Virus record (IMG/VR): IMGVR_UViG_2568526722_000003
Coordinates: 1-13,789 of that record
Source of the DNA: a virus
Lineage: Duplodnaviria; Heunggongvirae; Uroviricota; Caudoviricetes
Reading direction: 5' to 3' (one strand)
DNA length: 13,789 nt
Within the stretch, counting starts at the first letter, position 1. Every line of letters starts with the position of its first letter. Under the pieces are notes generated by a model. It had not been told where the DNA came from, did no database searches, and saw only the letters and a list, made by a program, of their open reading frames with translations. The translations under genes were made by a program, and so were the position numbers. Of this stretch, positions 6,961 to 13,789 are shown piece after piece.

Positions 6961-6990
6961 GGGGCGTTGCAACGCCCCATTTTTAATAAT
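6961..6990 (+). terminator. Rho-independent terminator for the porin gene; perfect 18-bp palindrome
   Basis: GGGGCGTTGCAACGCCCC followed by ATTTTTAATAATTTTT on the plus strand. Confidence 0.5.
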
Positions 6991-7011
6991 TTTTAGTAAA
7001 CAACTGGCATA

Positions 7012-7395
7012 TTAATTAGAGTTATTAACAACGATATCCATCTCTAACCGGATATCTAATGCCATTAACATCCCTTCAATTATGCCCTCAGCCTTCTGTA
7101 ACCTTTTCCCGATATAACCATCAGAGCAGCAATGCTTACCTGCCAGTGACATGAATGTCATACCGACTACATAATAATCTACTAATAAATCGTGCAAATC
7201 GCTGTTGTTCTTTTTCAGACGGGCCATGCACCCGCAAATAATCATCGCGTCATCGTCACAACATTGCGGGCGAGATTTTACTTTTGAAGTAATTAATCCC
7301 TTAAAACCGGCGGCAATGGACGACCAGGTCACATCTTCATGATTATTAGCCGCCCACGCTCCCCAACGCTCAAGAACCATCTGAATATCACGCAT
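7012..7395 (-). CDS. Q: Late-gene antiterminator Q, phage 21/82 (DLP12 QuuD) type, 127 aa
   Basis: [34 protein letters not shown]...[16 protein letters not shown]... matches DLP12-type Q as recalled; ATG at 7393-7395 (the track start at 7410 is TTG). Confidence 0.85.
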   Translation of the reverse strand: MRDIQMVLERWGAWAANNHEDVTWSSIAAGFKGLITSKVKSRPQCCDDDAMIICGCMARLKKNNSDLHDLLVDYYVVGMTFMSLAGKHCCSDGYIGKRLQKAEGIIEGMLMALDIRLEMDIVVNNSN

Positions 7396-7480
7396 CAACT
7401 TACTCCACAAAAATCAGGCCAGAACGCCAATTACAAGCAAAAATCAACAAAACAGTATTAGTTGATTGTTATCTCTGACT

Positions 7481-7621
7481 TCATACTCCTGCTCCTGTCA
7501 GGGTTTTGGCGTAATTCTTCAGTATTCGGTAATCGGTCAAAACAGAACCGGGGGAACGATATAAGCGCAGACGCCCCCAGCGGTGGCGAAGAAGTTCTGC
7601 CATATTAAACTCAAACATCAT
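7481..7621 (-). CDS. ylcG: Small protein YlcG-like (46 aa)
   Basis: Hand-translated [49 protein letters not shown]; its ATG overlaps the rusA stop (ATGA); matches DLP12 YlcG as recalled; below the track size cutoff. Confidence 0.6.
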   Translation of the reverse strand: MMFEFNMAELLRHRWGRLRLYRSPGSVLTDYRILKNYAKTLTGAGV

Positions 7622-7980
7622 TCATTCCCCATTTCGGTGATGGTCAGTTCCAGCCTCCCACCTTTGGTAACAGGCATCTTCACAACGCGGTAATCAACGA
7701 CCTGAGCATCATCCAGCCAGAAACCTGCTTTAGTGAGTGCGTCAAAAGCGGCTTTTTGCAGATTATCCAGGTCACGGCGACGGCGATCCGGCATGTGGCA
7801 CTCAATGCGGATTTTCACAGGCATAGCCAGGCCGATATCCAGCATTGCGTTTTTAATGATTCGGGCGACGTTATCGCGGTATGCCTGCCCCTCTGCGCTG
7901 ACGTGCGTGCGCCCTCGATTATGGCGGTAGTAGCGGTTATTGCTCGGCGGCCAGGGTAGTGTGATGTGGTAAGTATTCAC
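7618..7980 (-). CDS. rusA: Holliday-junction resolvase RusA, 120 aa
   Basis: (M)[37 protein letters not shown]...[28 protein letters not shown]... matches RusA as recalled; GTG start overlapping the upstream stop (GTGA). Confidence 0.93.
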   Translation of the reverse strand: MNTYHITLPWPPSNNRYYRHNRGRTHVSAEGQAYRDNVARIIKNAMLDIGLAMPVKIRIECHMPDRRRRDLDNLQKAAFDALTKAGFWLDDAQVVDYRVVKMPVTKGGRLELTITEMGNE

Positions 7981-8066
7981 GCCTTAATTACCCCCTCTTT
8001 CAGCCAGATAACCTGCGTTCTCGCCATACCTTCCAGCGCGCATTCTTTTGCATATGCAGCATCGAC
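7977..8066 (-). pseudogene. ybcO: C-terminal remnant of a YbcO-like (DUF1364) gene, about 29 codons
   Basis: Frame ending ...[29 protein letters not shown] with the stop overlapping the rusA start; matches the YbcO C-terminus as recalled; further upstream the frame hits a stop and no N-terminal YbcO-like sequence appears in any frame. Confidence 0.4.
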
Positions 8067-8186
8067 TTGCTTGGCATGCCCTTTACCGGCAATCTTCTGT
8101 ATGCGCTAAACCTAGATAGAATCCACTCTGTGCACATTGAAGCCCGCTCTATGCTTCCTTTCAGGTATTGAAGGGATTGAGATGGG

Positions 8187-8534
8187 CTAAGCATTATTGG
8201 CCTCCTGCATCAGGAGAAAGACAATCATGGCGGCGCGGAGAGGTCTGGTATCAAATATTGGGCTTACGCCTTTTGCATCCACACACCATTCAGTTAACTG
8301 GTCTAAGATAGAAATCCTGTATTTCTCAATAATCGGCCATGAAGCGCTCGGATCATTGCAGTAGTCAGGCAAATGATTTAATGGCTCAAAAGTTGTATCA
8401 GCATTTCCGTAATACCATTTGTTGGTGTTATTCCCTGATGTTTCCGGTTTACTTGCCCAAAGGCCTTTAAAAATTATGTCTCCTACCATTCTGTTAATTT
8501 CAAAATCACTTAACTGTGAATAATCCATTGTCAT
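8187..8534 (-). CDS. Hypothetical nin-region protein (~115 aa)
   Basis: [92 protein letters not shown]...; ATG overlaps the ninE stop (ATGA); GAGGAA nearby; family not recognised. Confidence 0.5.
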   Translation of the reverse strand: MTMDYSQLSDFEINRMVGDIIFKGLWASKPETSGNNTNKWYYGNADTTFEPLNHLPDYCNDPSASWPIIEKYRISILDQLTEWCVDAKGVSPIFDTRPLRAAMIVFLLMQEANNA

Positions 8535-8707
8535 TTCCTCGCACGATATCTTAGCCACCGGATATCCCACAGGTGAGCTGTGTAATTGAAGGTTTTTACG
8601 TCAGATTCTTTTGGGATTGGCTTGCGTTTATTTCTGGAGCGTTTCGTTGGAAGGTATTTGCAGTTTTCGCAGATGATGTCGGTGAAACTTCGTCGCTGTC
8701 GCCTCAT
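8531..8707 (-). CDS. ninE: NinE, 58 aa
   Basis: [58 protein letters not shown] matches lambda NinE as recalled; ATG overlaps the methyltransferase stop. Confidence 0.75.
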   Translation of the reverse strand: MRRQRRSFTDIICENCKYLPTKRSRNKRKPIPKESDVKTFNYTAHLWDIRWLRYRARK

Positions 8708-9231
8708 GCCGCCCTCCTGACGCCCTGCCCGAACGCCATCAATGCCGCTTTGGATACGGTAGTAAACATCCGTCGAGGACTGATGAACGGTCGCCAAATC
8801 AGCAGCATGGAGCCTTTGCTGTTTCCCTTCTTCTCCAGCCCTGTCGATGGTTCGATAAAATTAATCCGTCCATCAGTGATAATGCGAACTTCGTCGACAC
8901 TCTCCAGAGCCTTGCTGAACCATCCGACTGACATATCCTCTGGCACAAGCATAACTACCGTCTGTCGCTGTTGTATGCACTGCTCAGCGGCTTTTTCCAC
9001 CCACGGCCTGATATTGCTGTACGGTGGGTTATTCCAGATTGCACCGTGGCTTACCCACTCAGAATTGAGCGCGTCGTCGGCCTCAGTTAGCCAGTGAGCA
9101 CACAGAGCATTTTTGTCGCTCGCTGCCGAATCCAGCCAGAATCCAAACTCAATATCCAGTGCATCAAAAAGCCAAAGCGGCGTTTGCCAGCAGTCCTTGT
9201 CGTGTGCTGGCGTATTTGATTTGATAGTCAT
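8704..9231 (-). CDS. Phage Dam-like DNA N6-adenine methyltransferase (~175 aa)
   Basis: [50 protein letters not shown]...[16 protein letters not shown]...: NPPY catalytic motif and DxxA...WxTP pattern of the small phage N6-A methyltransferase family; ATG at 9229-9231 with GGGGAGA upstream; overlaps the ninB stop. Confidence 0.75.
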   Translation of the reverse strand: MTIKSNTPAHDKDCWQTPLWLFDALDIEFGFWLDSAASDKNALCAHWLTEADDALNSEWVSHGAIWNNPPYSNIRPWVEKAAEQCIQQRQTVVMLVPEDMSVGWFSKALESVDEVRIITDGRINFIEPSTGLEKKGNSKGSMLLIWRPFISPRRMFTTVSKAALMAFGQGVRRAA

Positions 9232-9737
9232 GCAGCTCGATCTCCCCATCTCGCTTTCCACTCCAGAGCCAGTCTCGCTTCGTCTGACCACTTAACGCCA
9301 CGCTCTGTACCGAATGCCTGTATAAGCTCTAATAGCTCCGCAAATTCGTTTACACGCATCCTGCTGGTTGACTGGCCTATTACCACAAAGCCATTCCCGG
9401 CAAGGTTAGGAACAACATCCTGCTGCTTTAATGCTGCGGTAAACACACACTTCCAGCTTTCTGCATCCAGCCAGCGACCATGCCATTCAACCTGACGAGA
9501 GACGTCACCAAGGCAAGCCCAAAGCTTTCGATTCTGGTCTAAGCTGCGGTTGCGTTCCTGAATGGTTACTACGATTGGTTTGGTTGGGTCTGGAAGAATT
9601 TGCTGTAACCGCCCTATTCTCTCGCTGAATCGCAAACCGAAATCACGAGTAGAAAGCGCACTGAATCCGATAGACCTTACGGTGCTGGCTGAATACCACG
9701 AACAGATTGAAAGCAACCTGCAACGTATTGAGCGCAA
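9228..9737 (-). CDS. ninB: Recombination protein NinB (Orf), C-terminal ~125 aa lambda-like, N-terminal ~44 codons atypical with no canonical start
   Basis: From QQILPDPTKPIVVTIQERNRSLDQNRKLWACLGDVSRQVEWHGRWLDAESWKCVFTAALKQQ... to the stop matches lambda NinB as recalled; the preceding 44 codons do not, and the track start is a TTG. Confidence 0.65.
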   Translation of the reverse strand: MRSIRCRLLSICSWYSASTVRSIGFSALSTRDFGLRFSERIGRLQQILPDPTKPIVVTIQERNRSLDQNRKLWACLGDVSRQVEWHGRWLDAESWKCVFTAALKQQDVVPNLAGNGFVVIGQSTSRMRVNEFAELLELIQAFGTERGVKWSDEARLALEWKARWGDRAA

Positions 9738-9839
9738 GAATCATCGAGTTTGGTATAGCAAGCCAAGTGAGTTCGGTATAACTTGTCAAGGAAGACAAAA
9801 GGTTAAAGGGAAATCCATTCCATTGGCATGAGGTACGTA

Positions 9840-10169
9840 ATGAAGAAAATTGATTACAAGTCCATACCAAAACCAATAGACTCAGCATCAGAGCGAAAAA
9901 AACACAAAAAAGAGGCTGAAAAATTAGCAAATTATATCAGTTTTATTAGAAACAATGCTCACGGCGATGGCGACAGGAAGTTGCTTTCAGATGCCCGGAC
10001 CCAAGCGTTCAGTATACTTCGTAAGCAGATGCAATATCGTCTTCATCCAGGCTACATAATTGAAATTCGCCCGACTGAAAGACAATTGTTCTTATTAAAC
10101 TCTGTCTTTGACTTTGTAAACGTAGTTGGAGATCTTATCGACAGGTCTGTAGATAAGGCTCCTGGGTGA
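9840..10169 (+). CDS. AT-rich hypothetical protein, 3' end cut by IS1 (stop supplied by the IS1 left end)
   Basis: ORF MKKIDYKSIPKPIDSASERKKHKKEAEKLANYISFIRNNAHGDGDRKLLSDARTQAFSILRKQMQYRLHPGYIIEIRPTERQLFLLNSVFDFVNVVGDLIDRSVDKAPG*; ATG at 9840 with GAGG 8 nt upstream; low GC; the last codons and stop (GG TGA) are IS1 sequence; no family recognised. Confidence 0.45.
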   Translation: MKKIDYKSIPKPIDSASERKKHKKEAEKLANYISFIRNNAHGDGDRKLLSDARTQAFSILRKQMQYRLHPGYIIEIRPTERQLFLLNSVFDFVNVVGDLIDRSVDKAPG

Positions 10170-10219
10170 TGCTGCCAACTTACTGATTTAGTGTATGATG
10201 GTGTTTTTGAGGTGCTCCA

Positions 10220-10495
10220 GTGGCTTCTGTTTCTATCAGCTGTCCCTCCTGTTCAGCTACTGACGGGGTGGTGCGTAACGGCAAAAGCACCGCCGGACAT
10301 CAGCGCTATCTCTGCTCTCACTGCCGTAAAACATGGCAACTGCAGTTCACTTACACCGCTTCTCAACCCGGTACGCACCAGAAAATCATTGATATGGCCA
10401 TGAATGGCGTTGGATGCCGGGCAACTGCCCGCATTATGGGCGTTGGCCTCAACACGATTTTACGTCACTTAAAAAACTCAGGCCGCAGTCGGTAA
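10220..10495 (+). CDS. insA: IS1 InsA (transposition inhibitor / transposase N-terminal part), 91 aa
   Basis: [43 protein letters not shown]... matches IS1 InsA. Confidence 0.95.
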
Positions 10496-10917
10496 CCTCG
10501 CGCATACAGCCGGGCAGTGACGTCATCGTCTGCGCGGAAATGGACGAACAGTGGGGCTATGTCGGGGCTAAATCGCGCCAGCGCTGGCTGTTTTACGCGT
10601 ATGACAGTCTCCGGAAGACGGTTGTTGCGCACGTATTCGGTGAGCGCACTATGGCGACGCTGGGGCGTCTTATGAGCCTGCTGTCACCCTTTGACGTGGT
10701 GATATGGATGACGGATGGCTGGCCGCTGTATGAATCCCGCCTGAAGGGAAAGCTGCACGTAATCAGCAAGCGATATACGCAGCGAATTGAGCGGCATAAC
10801 CTGAATCTGAGGCAGCACCTGGCACGGCTGGGACGGAAGTCGCTGTCGTTCTCAAAATCGGTGGAGCTGCATGACAAAGTCATCGGGCATTATCTGAACA
10901 TAAAACACTATCAATAA
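10414..10917 (+). CDS. insB: IS1 InsB' frame (transposase catalytic part, expressed as InsAB' by -1 frameshift)
   Basis: ...[72 protein letters not shown]... matches IS1 InsB. Confidence 0.93.
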
Positions 10918-11042
10918 GTTGGAGTCATTACCAGAAAGCAGGTCTTTCTCTCGTGTAGAGATAAGCGAGTCAGAGTTATGGGGTATATCAAATAATCCTG
11001 TAAACCACGCTCACCAACGAAATCCAAACAAAAAGTGGTCAT

Positions 11043-11067
11043 AACCCGCTCAGGCGGGTTTCATTTT
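11043..11067 (+). terminator. Candidate intrinsic terminator upstream of ea10 (possibly tL2-like)
   Basis: AACCCGC-tcag-GCGGGTT followed by TCATTTTCA. Confidence 0.4.
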
Positions 11068-11231
11068 CACGCAAACAAAAGAATAAACACTGCACTGTGT
11101 ATTCATTCCAACGAGTGAATACACGGAGCAATGTCGCTCGTAACTAAACAGGAGCCGACTTGTTCTGATTATTGGAAATCTTCTTTGACCTCTAATGTGA
11201 GGGCGATTTTTTTCTGTGAGGATATGAACAG

Positions 11232-11600
11232 ATGTCAAACATCAAAAAATACATCATTGATTACGACTGGAAAGCATCAATAGAAATTGAAATCGACCAT
11301 GACTTAATGACAGAGGAAAAACTTCACAAGATTAATAATTTCTGGTCAGACTCTGAATACCGACTCAATAAACACGGCTCTGTATTAAATGCTGTATTAA
11401 TCATGCTGGCGCAACATGCTCTGCTTATAGCAATTTCAAGCGACTTAAATGCATATGGTGTTGTGTGTGAGTTCGACTGGAATGATGGAAATGGTCAGGA
11501 AGGATGGCCTACAATGGATGGTAGCGAAGGAATAAGAATTACCGATATCGATACATCAGGAATATTTGATTCAGATGATATGACTATCAAAGCCGCCTGA
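11232..11600 (+). CDS. ea10: Ea10 (lambda early protein, ssDNA-binding), 122 aa
   Basis: MSNIKKYIIDYDWKASIEIEIDHDLMTEEKLHKINNFWSDSEYRLNKHG...; size and position immediately upstream of cIII match lambda ea10 as recalled. Confidence 0.75.
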   Translation: MSNIKKYIIDYDWKASIEIEIDHDLMTEEKLHKINNFWSDSEYRLNKHGSVLNAVLIMLAQHALLIAISSDLNAYGVVCEFDWNDGNGQEGWPTMDGSEGIRITDIDTSGIFDSDDMTIKAA

Positions 11601-11672
11601 GCGCGGCGTTACCGCATACCAATAACGCTTCACTCGAGGCGTTTTTCGTTATGTATAAATAAGGAGCACACC

Positions 11673-11837
11673 ATGCAATATGCCATTGCAGGGTGGCCTG
11701 TTGCTGGCTGCCCTTCCGAATCTTTACTTGAACGAATCACCCGTAAATTACGTGACGGATGGAAACGCCTTATCGACATACTTAATCAGCCAGGAGTCCC
11801 AAAAAATGGATCAAACACTTATGGCTATCCAGACTAA
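11673..11837 (+). CDS. cIII: CIII (FtsH/HflB protease inhibitor), 54 aa
   Basis: Hand-translated [54 protein letters not shown] matches lambda CIII; AAGGAG Shine-Dalgarno upstream; the track merged it with kil. Confidence 0.9.
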   Translation: MQYAIAGWPVAGCPSESLLERITRKLRDGWKRLIDILNQPGVPKNGSNTYGYPD

Positions 11838-11949
11838 ATTCACTATCGCCACTTTTATTGGCGATGAAAAGATGTTTCGTGAAGCCGTCGACGCTTATAA
11901 AAAATGTATATTAATGCTGAAACTGAGATCAAGCAAAAGCATTCACTAA
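11806..11949 (+). CDS. kil: Kil (host FtsZ/cell-division inhibitor), 47 aa
   Basis: [47 protein letters not shown] matches lambda Kil as recalled; overlaps the cIII 3' end as in lambda. Confidence 0.85.
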   Translation: MDQTLMAIQTKFTIATFIGDEKMFREAVDAYKKCILMLKLRSSKSIH

Positions 11950-12024
11950 CCCCCTTTCCTGTTTTCCTAATCAGCCTGGCATTTCGCGGGCGCTATTTTC
12001 ACAGCCATTTTCAGGAGTTCAGCC

Positions 12025-12321
12025 ATGAACGCTTATTACATTCAGGATCGTCTTGAGGCTCAGAGCTGGGCGCGTCACTACCAGCAGATCGCCCGTGAAG
12101 AGAAAGAGGCAGAACTGGCAGACGACATGGAAAAAGGCCTGCCCCAGCACCTGTTTGAATCGCTATGCATCGATCATTTGCAACGCCACGGGGCCAGCAA
12201 AAAAGCCATTACCCGTGCGTTTGATGACGATGTTGAGTTTCAGGAGCGCATGGCAGAACACATCCGGTACATGGTTGAAACCATTGCTCACCACCAAGTT
12301 GATATTGATTCAGAGGTATAA
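12025..12321 (+). CDS. gam: Gam (RecBCD inhibitor), GamS form, 98 aa
   Basis: [98 protein letters not shown] matches lambda Gam. Confidence 0.93.
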   Translation: MNAYYIQDRLEAQSWARHYQQIAREEKEAELADDMEKGLPQHLFESLCIDHLQRHGASKKAITRAFDDDVEFQERMAEHIRYMVETIAHHQVDIDSEV

Positions 12322-12326
12322 AACGG

Positions 12327-13112
12327 ATGAGTACAGCACTCGCAACGCTGGCAGGGAAGCTGGCTGAACGTGTCGGCATGGATTCTGTCGACCCACAGGA
12401 ACTGATCACCACTCTTCGCCAGACGGCATTTAAAGGTGATGCCAGCGATGCGCAGTTCATCGCATTGTTGATCGTCGCCAACCAGTACGGCCTTAATCCG
12501 TGGACGAAAGAAATTTACGCCTTCCCTGATAAGCAGAACGGCATCGTTCCGGTGGTGGGCGTTGATGGCTGGTCCCGCATCATCAATGAAAACCAGCAGT
12601 TTGATGGCATGGACTTTGAGCAGGACAATGAATCCTGTACATGCCGGATTTACCGCAAGGACCGTAATCATCCGATCTGCGTTACCGAATGGATGGATGA
12701 ATGCCGCCGCGAACCATTCAAAACTCGCGAAGGCAGAGAAATCACGGGGCCGTGGCAGTCGCATCCCAAACGGATGTTACGGCATAAAGCCATGATTCAG
12801 TGTGCCCGTCTGGCCTTCGGATTTGCTGGTATCTATGACAAGGATGAAGCCGAGCGCATTGTCGAAAATACTGCATACACTGCAGAACGTCAGCCAGAAC
12901 GCGACATCACTCCGGTTAACGATGAAACCATGCAGGAGATTAACACTCTGCTGATCGCCCTGGATAAAACATGGGATGACGACTTATTGCCGCTCTGTTC
13001 CCAGATATTTCGCCGCGACATTCGCGCATCGTCAGAACTGACACAGGCCGAAGCAGTGAAAGCTCTTGGATTCCTGAAACAGAAAGCCACTGAGCAGAAG
13101 GTGGCAGCATGA
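12327..13112 (+). CDS. bet: Bet (Red-beta single-strand annealing recombinase), 261 aa
   Basis: Full-length match to lambda Bet ([44 protein letters not shown]...). Confidence 0.96.
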   Translation: MSTALATLAGKLAERVGMDSVDPQELITTLRQTAFKGDASDAQFIALLIVANQYGLNPWTKEIYAFPDKQNGIVPVVGVDGWSRIINENQQFDGMDFEQDNESCTCRIYRKDRNHPICVTEWMDECRREPFKTREGREITGPWQSHPKRMLRHKAMIQCARLAFGFAGIYDKDEAERIVENTAYTAERQPERDITPVNDETMQEINTLLIALDKTWDDDLLPLCSQIFRRDIRASSELTQAEAVKALGFLKQKATEQKVAA

Positions 13113-13789
13113 TACCGGACATTATCCTGCAGCGTACCGGGATCGACGTGAGAGCTGTCGAACAGGGGGATGATGCATGGCACAAATTACGGCTCGGCGT
13201 CATCACCGCTTCAGAAGTTCACAACGTGATAGCAAAGCCCCGCTCAGGAAAGAAGTGGCCTGACATGAAAATGTCCTACTTCCACACCCTGCTGGCTGAG
13301 GTTTGCACCGGTGTGGCTCCGGAAGTTAATGCTAAGGCGCTGGCCTGGGGAAAACAGTACGAGAACGACGCCAGAACCCTGTTTGAATTCACTTCCGGCG
13401 TGAATGTTACTGAATCCCCGATCATCTATCGCGACGAAAATATGCGCACTGCCTGCTCTCCCGATGGTTTATGCAGTGACGGCAACGGCCTTGAACTGAA
13501 ATGCCCGTTTACCTCCCGGGATTTCATGAAATTCCGGCTCGGTGGTTTCGAGGCAATAAAATCGGCTTACATGGCCCAGGTGCAGTACAGCATGTGGGTG
13601 ACGCGAAAAGATGCCTGGTACTTTGCCAACTATGACCCGCGCATGAAGCGTGAAGGCCTGCATTATGTCGTGATTGAGCGGAATGAAAAGTACATGGCGA
13701 GTTTTGACGAGATGGTGCCGGAGTTCATCGAAAAAATGGACGAGGCACTGGCTGAAATTGGTTTTGTATTTGGGGAGCAATGGCGATGA
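13109..13789 (+). CDS. exo: Exo (Red-alpha 5'-3' exonuclease), 226 aa
   Basis: Full-length match to lambda Exo ([40 protein letters not shown]...GFVFGEQWR*); ATGA overlap with bet; the stop codon is the last 3 nt of the window. Confidence 0.96.
   Translation: MIPDIILQRTGIDVRAVEQGDDAWHKLRLGVITASEVHNVIAKPRSGKKWPDMKMSYFHTLLAEVCTGVAPEVNAKALAWGKQYENDARTLFEFTSGVNVTESPIIYRDENMRTACSPDGLCSDGNGLELKCPFTSRDFMKFRLGGFEAIKSAYMAQVQYSMWVTRKDAWYFANYDPRMKREGLHYVVIERNEKYMASFDEMVPEFIEKMDEALAEIGFVFGEQWR

Larger units (their letters stand above)
10165..10932 (+). mobile_element. IS1: IS1 insertion sequence, 768 bp, complete
   Basis: Starts GGTGATGCTGCCAACTTACTGATTTAGTGTATGATGG and ends ...ATCAATAAGTTGGAGTCATTACC (the canonical IS1 ends); contains insA and insB; flanking 9-mers differ (aggctcctg vs agaaagcag). 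Confidence 0.95.

Noticed and set aside
8573-9097. 174-aa plus-strand ORF overlapping the methyltransferase and ninE
   Set aside because: Antisense to two well-supported, translationally coupled minus-strand genes; Cys/Ser-rich translation with no recognisable features.
9562-9930. Two overlapping ORFs (9562-9831 plus, 9643-9930 minus) at the ninB / AT-rich ORF junction
   Set aside because: They overlap each other and the ninB 5' region, lack convincing start signals, and lie in junction sequence; more likely by-products of the breakpoint than genes.
10191-10883. Extra ORFs inside IS1 (10191-10403 plus; 10593-10883 minus)
   Set aside because: Alternate-frame and antisense ORFs within the canonical IS1 insA/insB arrangement; IS1 encodes only InsA and InsAB'.
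12288-12764. 158-aa minus-strand ORF inside bet, plus other antisense ORFs in bet/exo (12209-12481, 12890-13183, 12940-13206, 13469-13780)
   Set aside because: All lie antisense within full-length Bet and Exo genes; chance ORFs.
1-13789. CRISPR array, tRNA or rRNA genes
   Set aside because: No regularly spaced direct repeats of 25-40 nt with unique spacers were seen, and no cloverleaf-compatible segment with a GTTCGAATC-type T-loop; the only repeats are the two hairpin elements at 3536-3940 and the terminator palindromes.

Overview
The window is a heavily eroded lambda-like (lambdoid) prophage, read here as the reverse complement of the standard lambda map. From high to low coordinates it contains: an intact Red/pL-arm block on the plus strand (ea10, cIII, kil, gam, bet, exo; 11232-13789); an IS1 copy with no target-site duplication (10165-10932) where the whole immunity/replication region (N, rex, cI, cro, cII, O, P, ren) is missing; an AT-rich unknown ORF cut by IS1; a nin-region remnant on the minus strand (ninB with atypical 5' end, Dam-like N6-adenine methyltransferase, ninE, unknown ORF, ybcO C-terminal remnant, rusA, ylcG, phage-21/82-type Q); an intact OmpC-family porin moron (nmpC/lc-like) on the opposite strand; a lysis cassette reduced to a holin N-terminal stub fused out of frame to Rz/Rz1 with no endolysin; an accessory region between Rz and cos (T5orf172/GIY-YIG-like protein, structured intergenic region with two paralogous hairpin elements and mini-ORFs, an AT-rich DUF1398-like gene and an RHH-fold gene); an intact cos site; a Nu1 N-terminal stub fused to the 3' end of gene E (terminase large subunit through most of the capsid gene deleted); and tail genes FI, FII, Z, U, with V cut after about 3 codons. 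No rRNA, tRNA or CRISPR array was seen. All identifications rest on reading the ORF translations against remembered lambda/DLP12 protein sequences; no database search was run. The most likely places for undescribed biology are the Rz-to-cos accessory region (2400-4660) and the AT-rich ORF next to IS1 (9606-10164).
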